From: Terriglobia bacterium | GTDB taxonomy: Bacteria > Acidobacteriota > Terriglobia > 20CM-2-55-15 | DNA length: 64,000 bases | Assembly (NCBI GenBank): GCA_963664115.2 | Contig: CAXWPJ010000004.1 | Location: 32,001-96,000, forward strand | Direction of reading: 5' to 3' | In this document: piece after piece, positions 30,043 to 39,639 of the stretch | How the letters are laid out: the number at the start of each line of letters is the position of its first letter | Numbering within the stretch: the stretch's first letter is position 1 | The notes under the pieces: model-generated | Database searches by the model: none | What the model saw: the letters and a program-made list of their open reading frames with translations, nothing else | Told to the model about the DNA's origin: nothing | Position numbers and translations under genes: made by a program

Positions 30043-31287
30043 TCAGATCAACCGGTCGATGCAACACCTGCGTTTAATGTCTCTGCCGGATTAGCGAAGT
30101 CCAGCGTCTCACGGGGTCGCCCGTTGAGCTTCCTTGCGATCATATCCAAATGCTCCTGTGAGTGAACCGACAAATCCGTCCCTTTAGGAAAATACTGTCG
30201 GAGCAAACCGTTCGTGTTTTCGTTCGAACCCCGTTGCCAGGGACTCCTCGGATCGCAAAAGTAAACGGCAATGTCGGTGGCCAGAGTGAACCGTTTGTGA
30301 TTGGCCATTTCCAATCCGCGATCCCAGGTCAGTGTTTTATAGAGTTCGGTCGGGAGTTTGTCTGCGTGTTCGATCAGCGCGTTGATGACGGTTTCGGTTT
30401 CCTTATTCGGAACCTTCACCCGCATCACGTACCGGGAGAAACGTTCGACCAATGTCGCAATGTAGGTGTTGTTCGAACCCGCTATGAGATCCCCTTCCCA
30501 GTGTCCGGGGACCGCGCGATCTTCAACCGAAGCCGGGCGCTCACGGATCGATATCAGATCCGGGATCTGCCCGCCACCCCGGCCTTTGCGACTGGCATGC
30601 TGGGACCGGCGAATCGTGCGTTTGGTCCGTAGATGCTGTGTCAGTTCTTTCTTCAGAGCCCCGCGGGCCTGGATGAAAAGGCTGCGATAGATCGTTTCGT
30701 GTGACACGTAAAGTGACTCGTCGTCTGGATATTCGCGTTTCAGCCAACCCGCAATTTGTCGCGGTGCCCAATCCTCCCGGAGCTTCTCTTCGACGATCCC
30801 GCGTAAGCTGGGATAGCGGATCAGTCGACATCTCTTCGGGCGGTGAGCCCGTTCCCATGCGCGTTCATCCGCCTCCAACGCTCGATAGTTATCATAGCCC
30901 CCATTGCGACCGATCTCCCGACTGACTGTGGAGGGTGTACGCGACAGCGACTCGGCAATTGAACGGATCGATCCCTTGGCGGCAATGCCTCGGGAAATCT
31001 CTTCACGCTCGGCGAGGGTCAGCGCCCGCTTAGAGCGGCATCGTGTCCTGGGACAGATTCCACCATACGGTGCGATCTGACCATAAACCGAAGAGCCCTC
31101 CTTTCCGAACACACGTCCGATCGCTTTCAGACTCTCTCCCCGCTGCCAGCGAATCCACACCTCGTCTATATCGGCGAGTGTGTAGCCTCGCCGCACCCGG
31201 TCTTTACTCTGTTTCTTCCGTCGTTTCTTACGCATACACTCCACCTCCTCCTTTTAGGTACAGTGTTGCATCGATCTGTTGAGATCA
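30043..31287 (-). mobile_element. IS30-family insertion sequence
   Basis: Imperfect IRs TCAGATCAACCGGTCGATGCAACAC / TGATCTCAACAGATCGATGCAACAC; end positions approximate. Confidence 0.8.
30048..31235 (-). CDS. IS30-family transposase
   Basis: LTLAEREEI, PSTVSREIGRN, GHWEGDLI, TWDRG, SPWQRGSNENTNGLLRQYFPKG. Confidence 0.92.
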   Translation of the reverse strand: MRKKRRKKQSKDRVRRGYTLADIDEVWIRWQRGESLKAIGRVFGKEGSSVYGQIAPYGGICPRTRCRSKRALTLAEREEISRGIAAKGSIRSIAESLSRTPSTVSREIGRNGGYDNYRALEADERAWERAHRPKRCRLIRYPSLRGIVEEKLREDWAPRQIAGWLKREYPDDESLYVSHETIYRSLFIQARGALKKELTQHLRTKRTIRRSQHASRKGRGGGQIPDLISIRERPASVEDRAVPGHWEGDLIAGSNNTYIATLVERFSRYVMRVKVPNKETETVINALIEHADKLPTELYKTLTWDRGLEMANHKRFTLATDIAVYFCDPRSPWQRGSNENTNGLLRQYFPKGTDLSVHSQEHLDMIARKLNGRPRETLDFANPAETLNAGVASTG

Positions 31288-31385
31288 CCTCGTTTAACAG
31301 GCGTTGAGAATTTGATAGCACCTAACCCACTCCTCTAGTATCTTTTACCGAGTTTTCACGGTTATTTCAGCGACACACTTTAAAC

Positions 31386-31482
31386 ATGGAATCTGGCACC
31401 AAACTCGGCCACTACGAGATCAGCACACTCCTTGGGAAGGGAGGCATGGGAGAAGTGTGGCGTGCGCGGGATACGAAACTAG
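31386..31482 (+). pseudogene. N-terminal fragment of a Ser/Thr protein kinase, cut at CTAG by IS insertion
   Basis: [32 protein letters not shown] (Hanks kinase Gly-rich loop); not in the ORF track. Confidence 0.85.
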
Positions 31483-32367
31483 TACTACTGTGTTACAAAA
31501 TGACGAGCTTGTGTTAGCATTGGCACATGAGCGCCAAAACGAAGGCGCCAGGCACTCAGGAAGAACGTTTTGCGGCCTATATGGAACGCCTGGCGTCGGC
31601 CGCCGGACACGCCGACCGTCATGAACCGCTGAAGTGGTACTGCAAGGGATTGCTGCTGCCAATCAAGCGCAAGAGCGTGGAGCCGATGGCGGCGCGATTG
31701 GCTCCGGATAATGTGCGCCAAATGCATCAGTCGCTGCATCACCTGGTGGCGGATGCCCCCTGGGAGGATGCGGCCATATTGCGACAAGTCCGGGAGTCGA
31801 CGTTGCCGGGGATGGAAGCGCACGGTCCGATTGAATCGTGGATTGTCGACGACACCGGATTCGTGAAGAAGGGGACCCACTCGGTAGGTGTGGCCCGGCA
31901 ATACTGTGGACAGGTCGGCAAGCAGGAGAACTGCCGGGTGGCGGTCAGTCTGTCGGTAGCGACGGCGAAATCGAGTCTGCCCGTGGCATGGCGGCTGTAC
32001 CTGCCGAAGCTTTGGGCGAACGATGCCGAACGCCGCAAGAAGACCGGTGTCCCCGACGCGGTTGGATTCCAGACCAAGATTGCGATTGCTCTGGACCAAA
32101 TCCGACAGGCGATTGCGGACGGTGTGGGGACGGCTCCCGTGTTGGCCGATGCCGCCTACGGCAACGACAGTAAGTTTCGCGCGACGATTACCGCACTGGG
32201 GCTGCCTTATGTGGTTGGCATCCAATCCTCGACCTCGGTCTGGGAGCCCGGTCGGCAACCCCTGCCCAAGAAGTCGTGGACCGGCCAGGGGCGCCCGCCG
32301 ACGCTGTTGAGGCGTCACAAGAAGCATCGTCCTGTTTCGGTCAAACAACTGGCTCTCTGGTAGTGCA

Positions 32368-33252
32368 TCAGTTTGAAATCCGCTTCTTGTATGGTCCGCG
32401 TGATCCCGGCTTCGGGGCGTTCGCGTCGATCAGCCCAACAATATCCTCAAACGTCCAAACTCGATCCGTCAAACCTGCTTCCATCGCTGGCGTCACTCGC
32501 AGGGTCTTATGTATCTTCAGGAAGTTGTAATAGACCGCGTACAAGGCAACCATCCACATGTGATTCTCAAACTTCTTCGAGAATCCGTTGGTCAGGCGAG
32601 TAAACCGCCGCATGTGCATCCGCATTGTCAAATTTTGGCGTTCGACGTGAGACGTTGAAATGTGCTTCGGGTCTGGGCGTCCCTCCCGCGCGTAACATCG
32701 TGTACCCGTGCATTCTGAAGGGCTGTACTTGCGTTCCGGACTGGCGGTCTTCGGTTCGCCGTAGAGCTTCACAAGTTGTGCGAAATCGACATCCGCACCG
32801 AAAGCGCCTTCAACTGCCACCAGGTATGCTTTAAGTCCGTCTGTGGTCAACTGGACGCGACCGGCGAGACGGTTCTTAACATCGTCCATGAACATCGCGG
32901 CATATTCGGTGTCTCGTCCACCTACCAGCCATGACACGATCAGCTTGCTGTCGCTGTCCAGCGCCGTCCACGTCCACGTATCACCAGCCCCGTCAGGGGC
33001 CTTTTTAGCCGTACCGACGTTCTTCTGTTTGGCGTAGGTGAAGCTCCAAATTTCATCGCACTGGACCCGTCTTGCTTTTACGTTCTGCACTCTTTCATCA
33101 TGGAACGTAGCGCAAGAGCGACCCGAGTCTATCAGGATCTTATTAACGGTATTGAACGACACGTTTGCGATCCTGGAGACCGAACGCATGGAGTTTCCTT
33201 CGCACAGTAAGTGAAGGATTTGAGCGCGGGCGTTGGTGTCTAGCTTATTCAT
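32368..33252 (-). CDS. IS1-family-like DDE transposase
   Basis: HTH N-terminus (EGNSMRSVSR), QCDEIWSF, LTTDG, TSHVERQNLTMR, RFTRLTNGFSKK, TPAMEAG; stop codon lies in the IR. Confidence 0.85.
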   Translation of the reverse strand: MNKLDTNARAQILHLLCEGNSMRSVSRIANVSFNTVNKILIDSGRSCATFHDERVQNVKARRVQCDEIWSFTYAKQKNVGTAKKAPDGAGDTWTWTALDSDSKLIVSWLVGGRDTEYAAMFMDDVKNRLAGRVQLTTDGLKAYLVAVEGAFGADVDFAQLVKLYGEPKTASPERKYSPSECTGTRCYAREGRPDPKHISTSHVERQNLTMRMHMRRFTRLTNGFSKKFENHMWMVALYAVYYNFLKIHKTLRVTPAMEAGLTDRVWTFEDIVGLIDANAPKPGSRGPYKKRISN

Positions 33253-33259
33253 ACTGACT

Positions 33260-33288
33260 ATTATGCTTAAACCTATAAGCATTGTCAA
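33260..33288 (-). promoter_or_regulatory. Transposase promoter containing a palindromic operator
   Basis: TTGACA-N17-CATAAT on the minus strand, overlapped by ATGCTTA-N6-TAAGCAT (33263-33282). Confidence 0.65.
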
Positions 33289-33407
33289 TGGTTTCATTCA
33301 ATTTAATGAAAACAAAGGATATCTCAGTTTAGAGCTTGAGCTATGCACATTTCTCGATCTATAATGAGATCCGAAAATGTGACACCGCCCGAACTAAGGG
33401 GGTTTAA

Positions 33408-34094
33408 GTGAGTTCGATAGAAAGGATCATCATTTCGGAACCGATACAGGTGGAGCAGCGGCTCCGCGAATTGCAGTCAACCCTTAGCGGCGAGTTATTG
33501 CTCTCGGCGCTTGAGGCCGGGATGGCGGACCGGGCACGAACGACAGAGAATCATCCGGCAACCTATCGTGGCAGCGTCATGTACGGTGAATCGACGTGCC
33601 GCCTCCGAGAACTCGGGCTACCGCTCGGCTGGATTCGGGAATCGACCAAAAACTTCGAGACGCTGGTAGCTCCTGACGGCAGGATGGCTATCGTTGTCGC
33701 AAGCGGCGACGAGTGGACGGGAACCGCCAGCGTGGCGCGTCAGCCAACGACAAGACATGGAAAGGGGTTGGTCACTCGGCGCGTCGTTTACCGTAATCGA
33801 CAAGCCGCCTTGGAATTCGTCAACTCCGCCGAACAAACCAACGCAGAAGTGTTTGCCCCAGATGACGATGGGCAGGACAAATACCAGTTGACGTGGTTTC
33901 TCCTCCACTGCCTCGTTGACGGTGAACTCCGGTCCGAACTTTCGCATCCGACGAAGATTGATGAAGCAGGAAAGATAACCGCGTGGTCAGAGCGGCTGAT
34001 ACTCGGGCGCATTCCGGGAAGTCCTGAAGTGATGCCCAGACCCGAAGACGAGCCAGTCGAGCCGATAGTCGAAGTTCGTCGCCGTGGCAACTGA
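33408..34094 (+). CDS. Hypothetical protein, putative toxin/effector partner of the HTH-Zn-peptidase (RmrT-like by position)
   Basis: 228 aa, overlaps the next gene by 11 nt; upstream TTGAGC-N18-TATAAT; function inferred from context only. Confidence 0.65.
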   Translation: MSSIERIIISEPIQVEQRLRELQSTLSGELLLSALEAGMADRARTTENHPATYRGSVMYGESTCRLRELGLPLGWIRESTKNFETLVAPDGRMAIVVASGDEWTGTASVARQPTTRHGKGLVTRRVVYRNRQAALEFVNSAEQTNAEVFAPDDDGQDKYQLTWFLLHCLVDGELRSELSHPTKIDEAGKITAWSERLILGRIPGSPEVMPRPEDEPVEPIVEVRRRGN

Positions 34095-35190
34095 CACCAT
34101 CTTCAATCCGGACCGGATGGAGTTGGCGCGAATGCGTCGCGGACTCACGAAGGTTTCTCTGGCGAAGCAGTCCGCAATAAGCCGCGAACGGCTCCACCGA
34201 TTCATCACCGGAGAGGTCGAGCCCACCGAAGGCGAGATCGTGTCGCTTTCCGAAGTGCTACGTTTTCCAGTTTCGTTCTTCTATCGTGGAGACCTCGCAA
34301 AACTTGGATCCGCTTCATTCCGTGCGCTCAGCACGATGTCTGCCGCAGAGAAGGCTTCGGCATTTTCAGTAGCTGGGATTGCGTGGGAACTCAACAAGTG
34401 GATCGACGCGAAGTACCACCTTCCTGAGCCAGATATCCCGGACCTGTCCATGTACAAGCCCCCTGTCGCGGCGACGGTCCTGCGACAGTATTGGGGGATT
34501 GGTGAGCGGCCAATTGGTAATATGGTTCGCCTTCTGGAAGCGAAAGGCGTCCGGGTGTTTTCCCTGATCGAAAGGACCAGGAACGTCGATGCCTTCTCGC
34601 TCTGGGCAGATGATGTGCCGATGGTGTTCCTGAATACCATCAAGACTCCAGAGCACTCCCGCACTGATGCCGCTCATGAACTGGGCCATCTCGTGCTGCG
34701 CCACCACCACCGCAAGCAGGTAGGCCAACCCTTTGAAAGAGAGGCCCAGACATTCGCGGGAGTGTTTTTGGTTCCAGAGAAGAGCGCATTGGCGAACGTT
34801 GGGCGTCTGCGTGCTCCAACAGTTTCGACGCTCGCCTCAAAAAAGAAGATTTGGAAGGTATCGGTCTCTCTTCTAGCCCACCGTCTCCACACACTAGGGC
34901 TGATAACCGACTACTACTATCGCGGCATCTGCATTGAATTAAACAAGCACGGTAGATCGTGGGAGCCGGAAGGCATCGAACGCGAAACATCACAGGTGCT
35001 CGAAAGCGTTTTCGGCGACCTGAAGAAGAGTGGTGTTAAGAATGCAGACGTAGCGCGGGACCTCTGTGTCGGGACGGATGAGGTGGAGGGTCTGATATTC
35101 GGGTTGAGGAACGTAACGGCGATTTCCGGAAAGCACAGGCCCGACAGCAGGGAATCTAAAGAACTCCGGGACCAAATTCGGCCGCTCTAA
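34084..35190 (+). CDS. XRE HTH + ImmA/IrrE (M78, DUF955) zinc metallopeptidase
   Basis: FNPDRMELARMRRGLTKVSLA HTH, LEAKGVRVF, DAFS, DAAHELGHLVL, EREAQTFAGVFLVP. Confidence 0.9.
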   Translation: MATDTIFNPDRMELARMRRGLTKVSLAKQSAISRERLHRFITGEVEPTEGEIVSLSEVLRFPVSFFYRGDLAKLGSASFRALSTMSAAEKASAFSVAGIAWELNKWIDAKYHLPEPDIPDLSMYKPPVAATVLRQYWGIGERPIGNMVRLLEAKGVRVFSLIERTRNVDAFSLWADDVPMVFLNTIKTPEHSRTDAAHELGHLVLRHHHRKQVGQPFEREAQTFAGVFLVPEKSALANVGRLRAPTVSTLASKKKIWKVSVSLLAHRLHTLGLITDYYYRGICIELNKHGRSWEPEGIERETSQVLESVFGDLKKSGVKNADVARDLCVGTDEVEGLIFGLRNVTAISGKHRPDSRESKELRDQIRPL

Positions 35191-35420
35191 TTATCTTTGG
35201 CGTGCTCCTTCGCCCATCGCGCCTCTGCCGCCTTCTTGGCGATCTCACGGCGCTTGCGGGCTGACAGCTTCGACGCACGGACCTTACCGCCCTTCTTGCC
35301 ACGGGCAATGGCGTCAGGGTCCTTCTCTTCTTCTTCAGCATCACCAGTTGCGATCTGCATCACGCGCACGGCATTCCCGACCACGTCGGCGGGTCGCTTC
35401 GTCTTGGGATTCTTTGCCAT
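35187..35420 (-). CDS. Small basic protein of IS1-like elements (KGG motif, nucleic-acid-binding candidate)
   Basis: KRPADV...KDPDAIARGKKGGKVRASKLSARKRREIAKKAAEARW; 77 aa next to the right IR. Confidence 0.75.
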   Translation of the reverse strand: MAKNPKTKRPADVVGNAVRVMQIATGDAEEEEKDPDAIARGKKGGKVRASKLSARKRREIAKKAAEARWAKEHAKDN

Positions 35421-36086
35421 GCCTCTAAGCATATCGGAGGCGTGAAAGGATTTAACGTCTAATTTCAAACTGATGCACTACCGGCTCTCTCCTTGCCTCG
35501 ACAAAAATGGAAGAACGTGTCCTGGCGCGAAGGCACGGCCGACACGTTGCGCTCCCGCTTCGCCGCAATCCGGATTCGCACGGCTCATCGCGATCATGAG
35601 CGCCACGAGCCCCATCCGGAAGAATGGTTGTTGATCGAATGGCCCAAGACCGAATCCGAACCGGTTCAATACTGGCTCTCCAGTCTCGGGACCAATACCT
35701 CTCTTTCAAATCTGGTCTATCGGGCCAAGCATCGCTGGATCATCGAACGCGACTATCAGGAACTCAAGCAGGAACTCGGACTGGGCCATTACGAAGATCG
35801 CGGCTGGCGTGGATTTCACCACCATGGCGCTTTATGCATCGCAGCTTATGGGTTCCTGGTCGCTGAGCGGAACCGTTTTTCCCCCTCTGCATTTGTCACG
35901 CATGTTGGACTATCCGTCCCCCAACTCCCCAGACACTTCAAACCCCGCGGAGCCCCGGATCCGGCCCGAGCGACATAATCCGTGCTCGATTGCCACACTT
36001 CGCATTCGCATCGCACGATTCCTCATCCAGCAACTCCCGTGCTGTCCGCTCTGTGGGCCGCTTCGTTTGTAACACAGTAGTACTAG

Positions 36087-37571
36087 CAGCCCGTGGTGAA
36101 AGTCGGTTTCATAGTATTTAGAAGAAGGACCGGATGCGACCATATCGCGAGGAACATTGAGGTAAGGAGACCGCGCTATGGGAATGGGACGAAGAAAGGA
36201 CCGACAGGAGACGTTGTGGGTGGCGACGGCGGAGTTGCCGCGAACCGCGGGCCACGTGTTCTATGAACGGGTGAACCGAATCCTGAATGAGACGAATTTC
36301 GACCGGTTCGTCGAGGATGCCTGCGAGAAGTTCTACGCCGCAGTGATGGGTCGGCCGAGCCTGGCACCGGGCAGGTATTTTCGGATGCTGCTGGTCGGCT
36401 ACTTTGAAGGGATCGATTCGGAGCGGGGAATCGCATGGCGGTGTGCCGATTCTCTGAGCTTGCGGGAATTTCTGGGATTGGGACTGAGCGACGCGGTGGC
36501 GGATCATTCGACGGTGTCGCGAACCCGACGGCTGATCGATCTGGAAACGCATGGAAAGGTTTTTTCGTGGATGTTGGGCGTGTTGGCCAGTGAGGGCCTG
36601 ATCGATGGGAAGACGGTGGGCGTGGATGCATCGACGCTGGAGGCGAATGCGGCGATGCGAACGATCGTGAGACGGGATACCGGAGAAGCCTACAACGAGT
36701 TCCTGACACGGCTGGCGCAGGCGTCGGGCATTGAGACTCCGACCCAGGCCGAGCGGGCCCGGCTGGACCGAAAGCGCACGAAGAAGGGATCGAACAAAGA
36801 GTGGGAACATCCCCACGACCCGGACGCGCGAATCACGAAGATGAAGGACGGCCGGACTGATCTGGCGCACAAGGTCGCACATGCCGCCGACATGAAGACC
36901 GGGGCCATCCTGGCAGTCACCGTGCAGGGCACCGACCAGGGCGACACGACGACGATCAAAGAGACGATGATCGAAGCGGCTCGTCAGATGGAGACACTGG
37001 CGGCCGATCCTGAATCGAAGTTGCGGGATGATTGCCTCTCCGAAATCGTGGCCGATAAGGGATATCACAGTAACGATACGCTGACCGGTTTCAGGGACCT
37101 CAATATGCGCAGCTACATCTCGGAGCCGGACCGGGGCCGGCGCAACTGGAAAGGCAAGCCCGACGAACAAAAGGCCGTCTATGCGAACCGGCGGCGGATC
37201 CGGGGTGAGCGGGGCAAGCGGTTACTCCGACAGCGGGGACTGATGTTGGAACAACCGTTTGCGCACACGCTGGAAACTGGCGCAATGCGTCGGGTTCACC
37301 TGCGACATCGCGACAACATTCTCAAGCGTGTTCTGATTCAGTACGCTGCGTTGAATCTGAGTCTGATTCTTCGGAACAATTTCGGGAATGGCACACCGCG
37401 AGGCCTTCAGGGCCAGCATGTCACTGCCTTGTTCACCCTGATACTGCTCTGGAGCCACTATGCAACGCTCTCTTTCGATCGTCACCGCTCCCGAAACGAT
37501 TTCGCAGCCGATCCTTCCCGGAACACTCCTGTGAATTCCGGCTCAAAATATGCCACTTCTGCCACGGGCTG
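36087..37571 (+). mobile_element. IS1182/IS5-like insertion sequence
   Basis: IRs CAGCCCGTGG / CCACGGGCTG; flanks CTAG and TTAG (not identical). Confidence 0.85.
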
Positions 37572-37575
37572 TTAG
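36178..37575 (+). CDS. IS1182-family transposase (DUF772 N-terminus)
   Basis: GRPSLAP, GIDSERGI, DHSTVSRTR, VDASTLEANA, DPDAR, VADKGY. Confidence 0.88.
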   Translation: MGMGRRKDRQETLWVATAELPRTAGHVFYERVNRILNETNFDRFVEDACEKFYAAVMGRPSLAPGRYFRMLLVGYFEGIDSERGIAWRCADSLSLREFLGLGLSDAVADHSTVSRTRRLIDLETHGKVFSWMLGVLASEGLIDGKTVGVDASTLEANAAMRTIVRRDTGEAYNEFLTRLAQASGIETPTQAERARLDRKRTKKGSNKEWEHPHDPDARITKMKDGRTDLAHKVAHAADMKTGAILAVTVQGTDQGDTTTIKETMIEAARQMETLAADPESKLRDDCLSEIVADKGYHSNDTLTGFRDLNMRSYISEPDRGRRNWKGKPDEQKAVYANRRRIRGERGKRLLRQRGLMLEQPFAHTLETGAMRRVHLRHRDNILKRVLIQYAALNLSLILRNNFGNGTPRGLQGQHVTALFTLILLWSHYATLSFDRHRSRNDFAADPSRNTPVNSGSKYATSATGC

Positions 37576-37650
37576 GGGACAGGCGCCCGTTCCTTCAGTT
37601 GTTCAAACCAGTTGAGGACGACGTTGATATGAGGCAGTGCGGTTTGACGC
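37572..37650 (-). pseudogene. C-terminal fragment of a Ser/Thr kinase with a TolB/PD40-type tail
   Basis: Minus strand encodes RQTALPHINVVLNWFEQLKERAPVP*, the typical end of Acidobacteria-type kinase-propeller proteins; not in the ORF track. Confidence 0.7.
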
Positions 37651-37667
37651 AATGAGATCACACCGAG

Positions 37668-38054
37668 TCATCGTCGATGGACGAGCGTCTTCATGCCATT
37701 CTCGAAGACTACCTCGATCTTGTTGCCATCTTTGATTGTCGTCGTCACGCCGACTCCAAAGCTTGGGTGCTCCACGACGTCATCCAGCACGTAACTGTCG
37801 CTAGTGGAATAACGCTTGGCGAGCGAAATGTCTTTTCCGTTCAAGAGCTTTTCATAACTGCTCGTCCGAGCTTTGCGCTGGCGCACGTTCTTGGAAACTT
37901 TACTTGGTTTATGAGGTCTGTATTTATGTTGCGCTTTGCAAGTGTTGCAATGCACTCGCGCTGGGCTATCGGCGACGATGGCTTCGATCGTGTGCGCCAA
38001 AATGAGCTTGCATGCACCACACCAACTGTCAACGTCATCGCCCGTCTTTAACAT
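37668..38054 (-). CDS. Hypothetical protein with two CxxC motifs (zinc ribbon-like)
   Basis: VDSWCGAC...VHCNTC...H and C-terminal HPSFGVG; AGGAG RBS before ATG 38054. Confidence 0.75.
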   Translation of the reverse strand: MLKTGDDVDSWCGACKLILAHTIEAIVADSPARVHCNTCKAQHKYRPHKPSKVSKNVRQRKARTSSYEKLLNGKDISLAKRYSTSDSYVLDDVVEHPSFGVGVTTTIKDGNKIEVVFENGMKTLVHRR

Positions 38055-38498
38055 TTGTTTCTCCTGATAGCAGGTCAATTGATCTTCTGAATTCTAGGGA
38101 CCACAACATTATGCCCGACGGCCGTCGGAACTCGATGGAACGGAACACGGCTTCTTTTCAGTTACTGGTGAAGAGGAGGTGAGATTTTGAGAGTCGGGAC
38201 GTGTGAAGAGTTCGGTCGAGAGTCCAGTCTGCGCCAGCGGTTTCTCGATTTCTTGCGAATTCAAATCGACAGGTTTATGATCTTCGGCAATTCTCCGTAT
38301 AGCTCATTCCCTATCGGGGCGCTAGTGTACGTATCGGAAAACGGAATTGAGATCTTTAGGCGAATAAGGATAAAAACTATAATACCTGAGACACCGAAGC
38401 CCTGCCGGTACCGTCGGATGAGTTAAATATATTAAATCAAATGACTTACTAAGGTGTCGAACCGGAAGGCGTGGCGAGTTTCCGGTTCGAAACGATTC

Positions 38499-39452
38499 TC
38501 AGGGCAATTCGGCCCAAATCGCGCGGACCGCGGCGCCAATCCGGTTGGGGGCGCTCCAGTCCGGGTATGCAGCCTCAAACTCAAGCGTCAGCGATGTGGC
38601 GGCCTGTTCCACAGACTGCCCTTCGGCCTTGAGTTCGCGAGCCCTTTCAGTAATGGCTGCGACAACCGTCCGCTGAGCATCGACTAAAGCCCCGCCGCCT
38701 ATAGCGCCGTGGCTGGGCACAATAGTCGTGGGATTCAGCTCCTTAAATCGGTCGAGCACATCGACCCATGTTGCGCCACTGGAGCCGGAGTTGAATGAAA
38801 GAAAGGTGCGGTTCATCACGATGTCTCCGGCAAACAGAACACCATCTTCTTCTACGAAGATCGCTGTGTCACCGCGTGTGTGCGTCGGACCCAGAGACAT
38901 GAACCGCACCGTCACACCGCCCAGGTCGATCGTATGCTCCCGTTCGAACATGAGGTCCCCGCGACGGTACCGCACGCCTTCGAGCAGTTCTCCCATGATG
39001 GGAGAAAACCCCGCGAACCGTTCGGAAATTCCCGCGGCCAGTTCGTCGAGGTCTCTCTCCTGGGCCTCGGATACAACGAACTGGGCACTCGCCGGAAAGG
39101 CCGAACCCCCACCTGCGTGTTCAGGGTGATAATGTGTCGCCACTACATAGATGTCTTCGTTCGAGCTGAGCTTCGCTATTTCGCCGAGCACGATCTGACC
39201 ATTGCGCTCTCCCAAACCCGTGTCCACGACGAGCGTCGCACCCTCGCCAACGATGATCCCAACGTTCGGTACGAACCGGACATTGTCATCGGAAATGACC
39301 CAGACATGCTCAGAAATCTTCTCGGCCGCGTCCTGCCTAACGAACGGGGGCCGTCCCTCACGTGGCCCCTGGACGGCTCGTGCAGTCGGGGAAGACAGCA
39401 GGCACACCGCCAGGACAAGGCACCCACGTACTTTCAAACCAGGCATTTGCAT
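38499..39452 (-). CDS. Secreted MBL-fold metallo-hydrolase
   Basis: Signal peptide, LVVDTG, THYHPEH, PTHTRGD, FAGD, VPSHG. Confidence 0.85.
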   Translation of the reverse strand: MQMPGLKVRGCLVLAVCLLSSPTARAVQGPREGRPPFVRQDAAEKISEHVWVISDDNVRFVPNVGIIVGEGATLVVDTGLGERNGQIVLGEIAKLSSNEDIYVVATHYHPEHAGGGSAFPASAQFVVSEAQERDLDELAAGISERFAGFSPIMGELLEGVRYRRGDLMFEREHTIDLGGVTVRFMSLGPTHTRGDTAIFVEEDGVLFAGDIVMNRTFLSFNSGSSGATWVDVLDRFKELNPTTIVPSHGAIGGGALVDAQRTVVAAITERARELKAEGQSVEQAATSLTLEFEAAYPDWSAPNRIGAAVRAIWAELP

Positions 39453-39639
39453 CACAAACTCCACTGAATAACGAATTACCCAGATTATACCCGCAGATAT
39501 CTTCTGCGGGTATGGCCTATGACCGCAAACTTCTCTGCCGTGTGCGGTCACAAACGGCCCCGGCCGGTTCGAATCAGCGACCGCCGTACTGATTCTCTCG
39601 TTGACCCTTTCTGGTACACATCGATACTCTAGTGACCTG

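Larger units (their letters stand above)
32359..35482 (-). mobile_element. IS1-like cargo-carrying element (3124 bp)
   Basis: Perfect 21-bp IRs GGTAGTGCATCAGTTTGAAAT and 8-bp target duplication GGCTCTCT (32351-32358, 35483-35490). Confidence 0.92.
31527..35978 (+). pseudogene. IS701 transposase split by the insertion (31527-32358 and 35491-35978)
   Basis: WIVDDTGFVKKG, VARQYCG, LADAAYG; removing the insert rejoins in frame as KQLALS-LPRQKW...RWIIERDYQELKQELGL. Confidence 0.9.
31483..36082 (+). mobile_element. IS701-family element (1468 bp net) interrupted by an IS1-like element
   Basis: Perfect IRs TACTACTGTGTTACAAA / TTTGTAACACAGTAGTA, CTAG on both sides (31479-31482, 36083-36086). Confidence 0.9.

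Noticed and set aside
29838-30077. 79-aa ORF next to IS30 (likewise 38187-38426)
   Set aside because: No RBS and no recognisable motif; probably spurious or decayed sequence.
39487-39513. 11-bp inverted repeat ATACCCGCAGA/TCTGCGGGTAT between divergent genes
   Set aside because: Single copy with no T tract; it could be an operator, but nothing else supports that.
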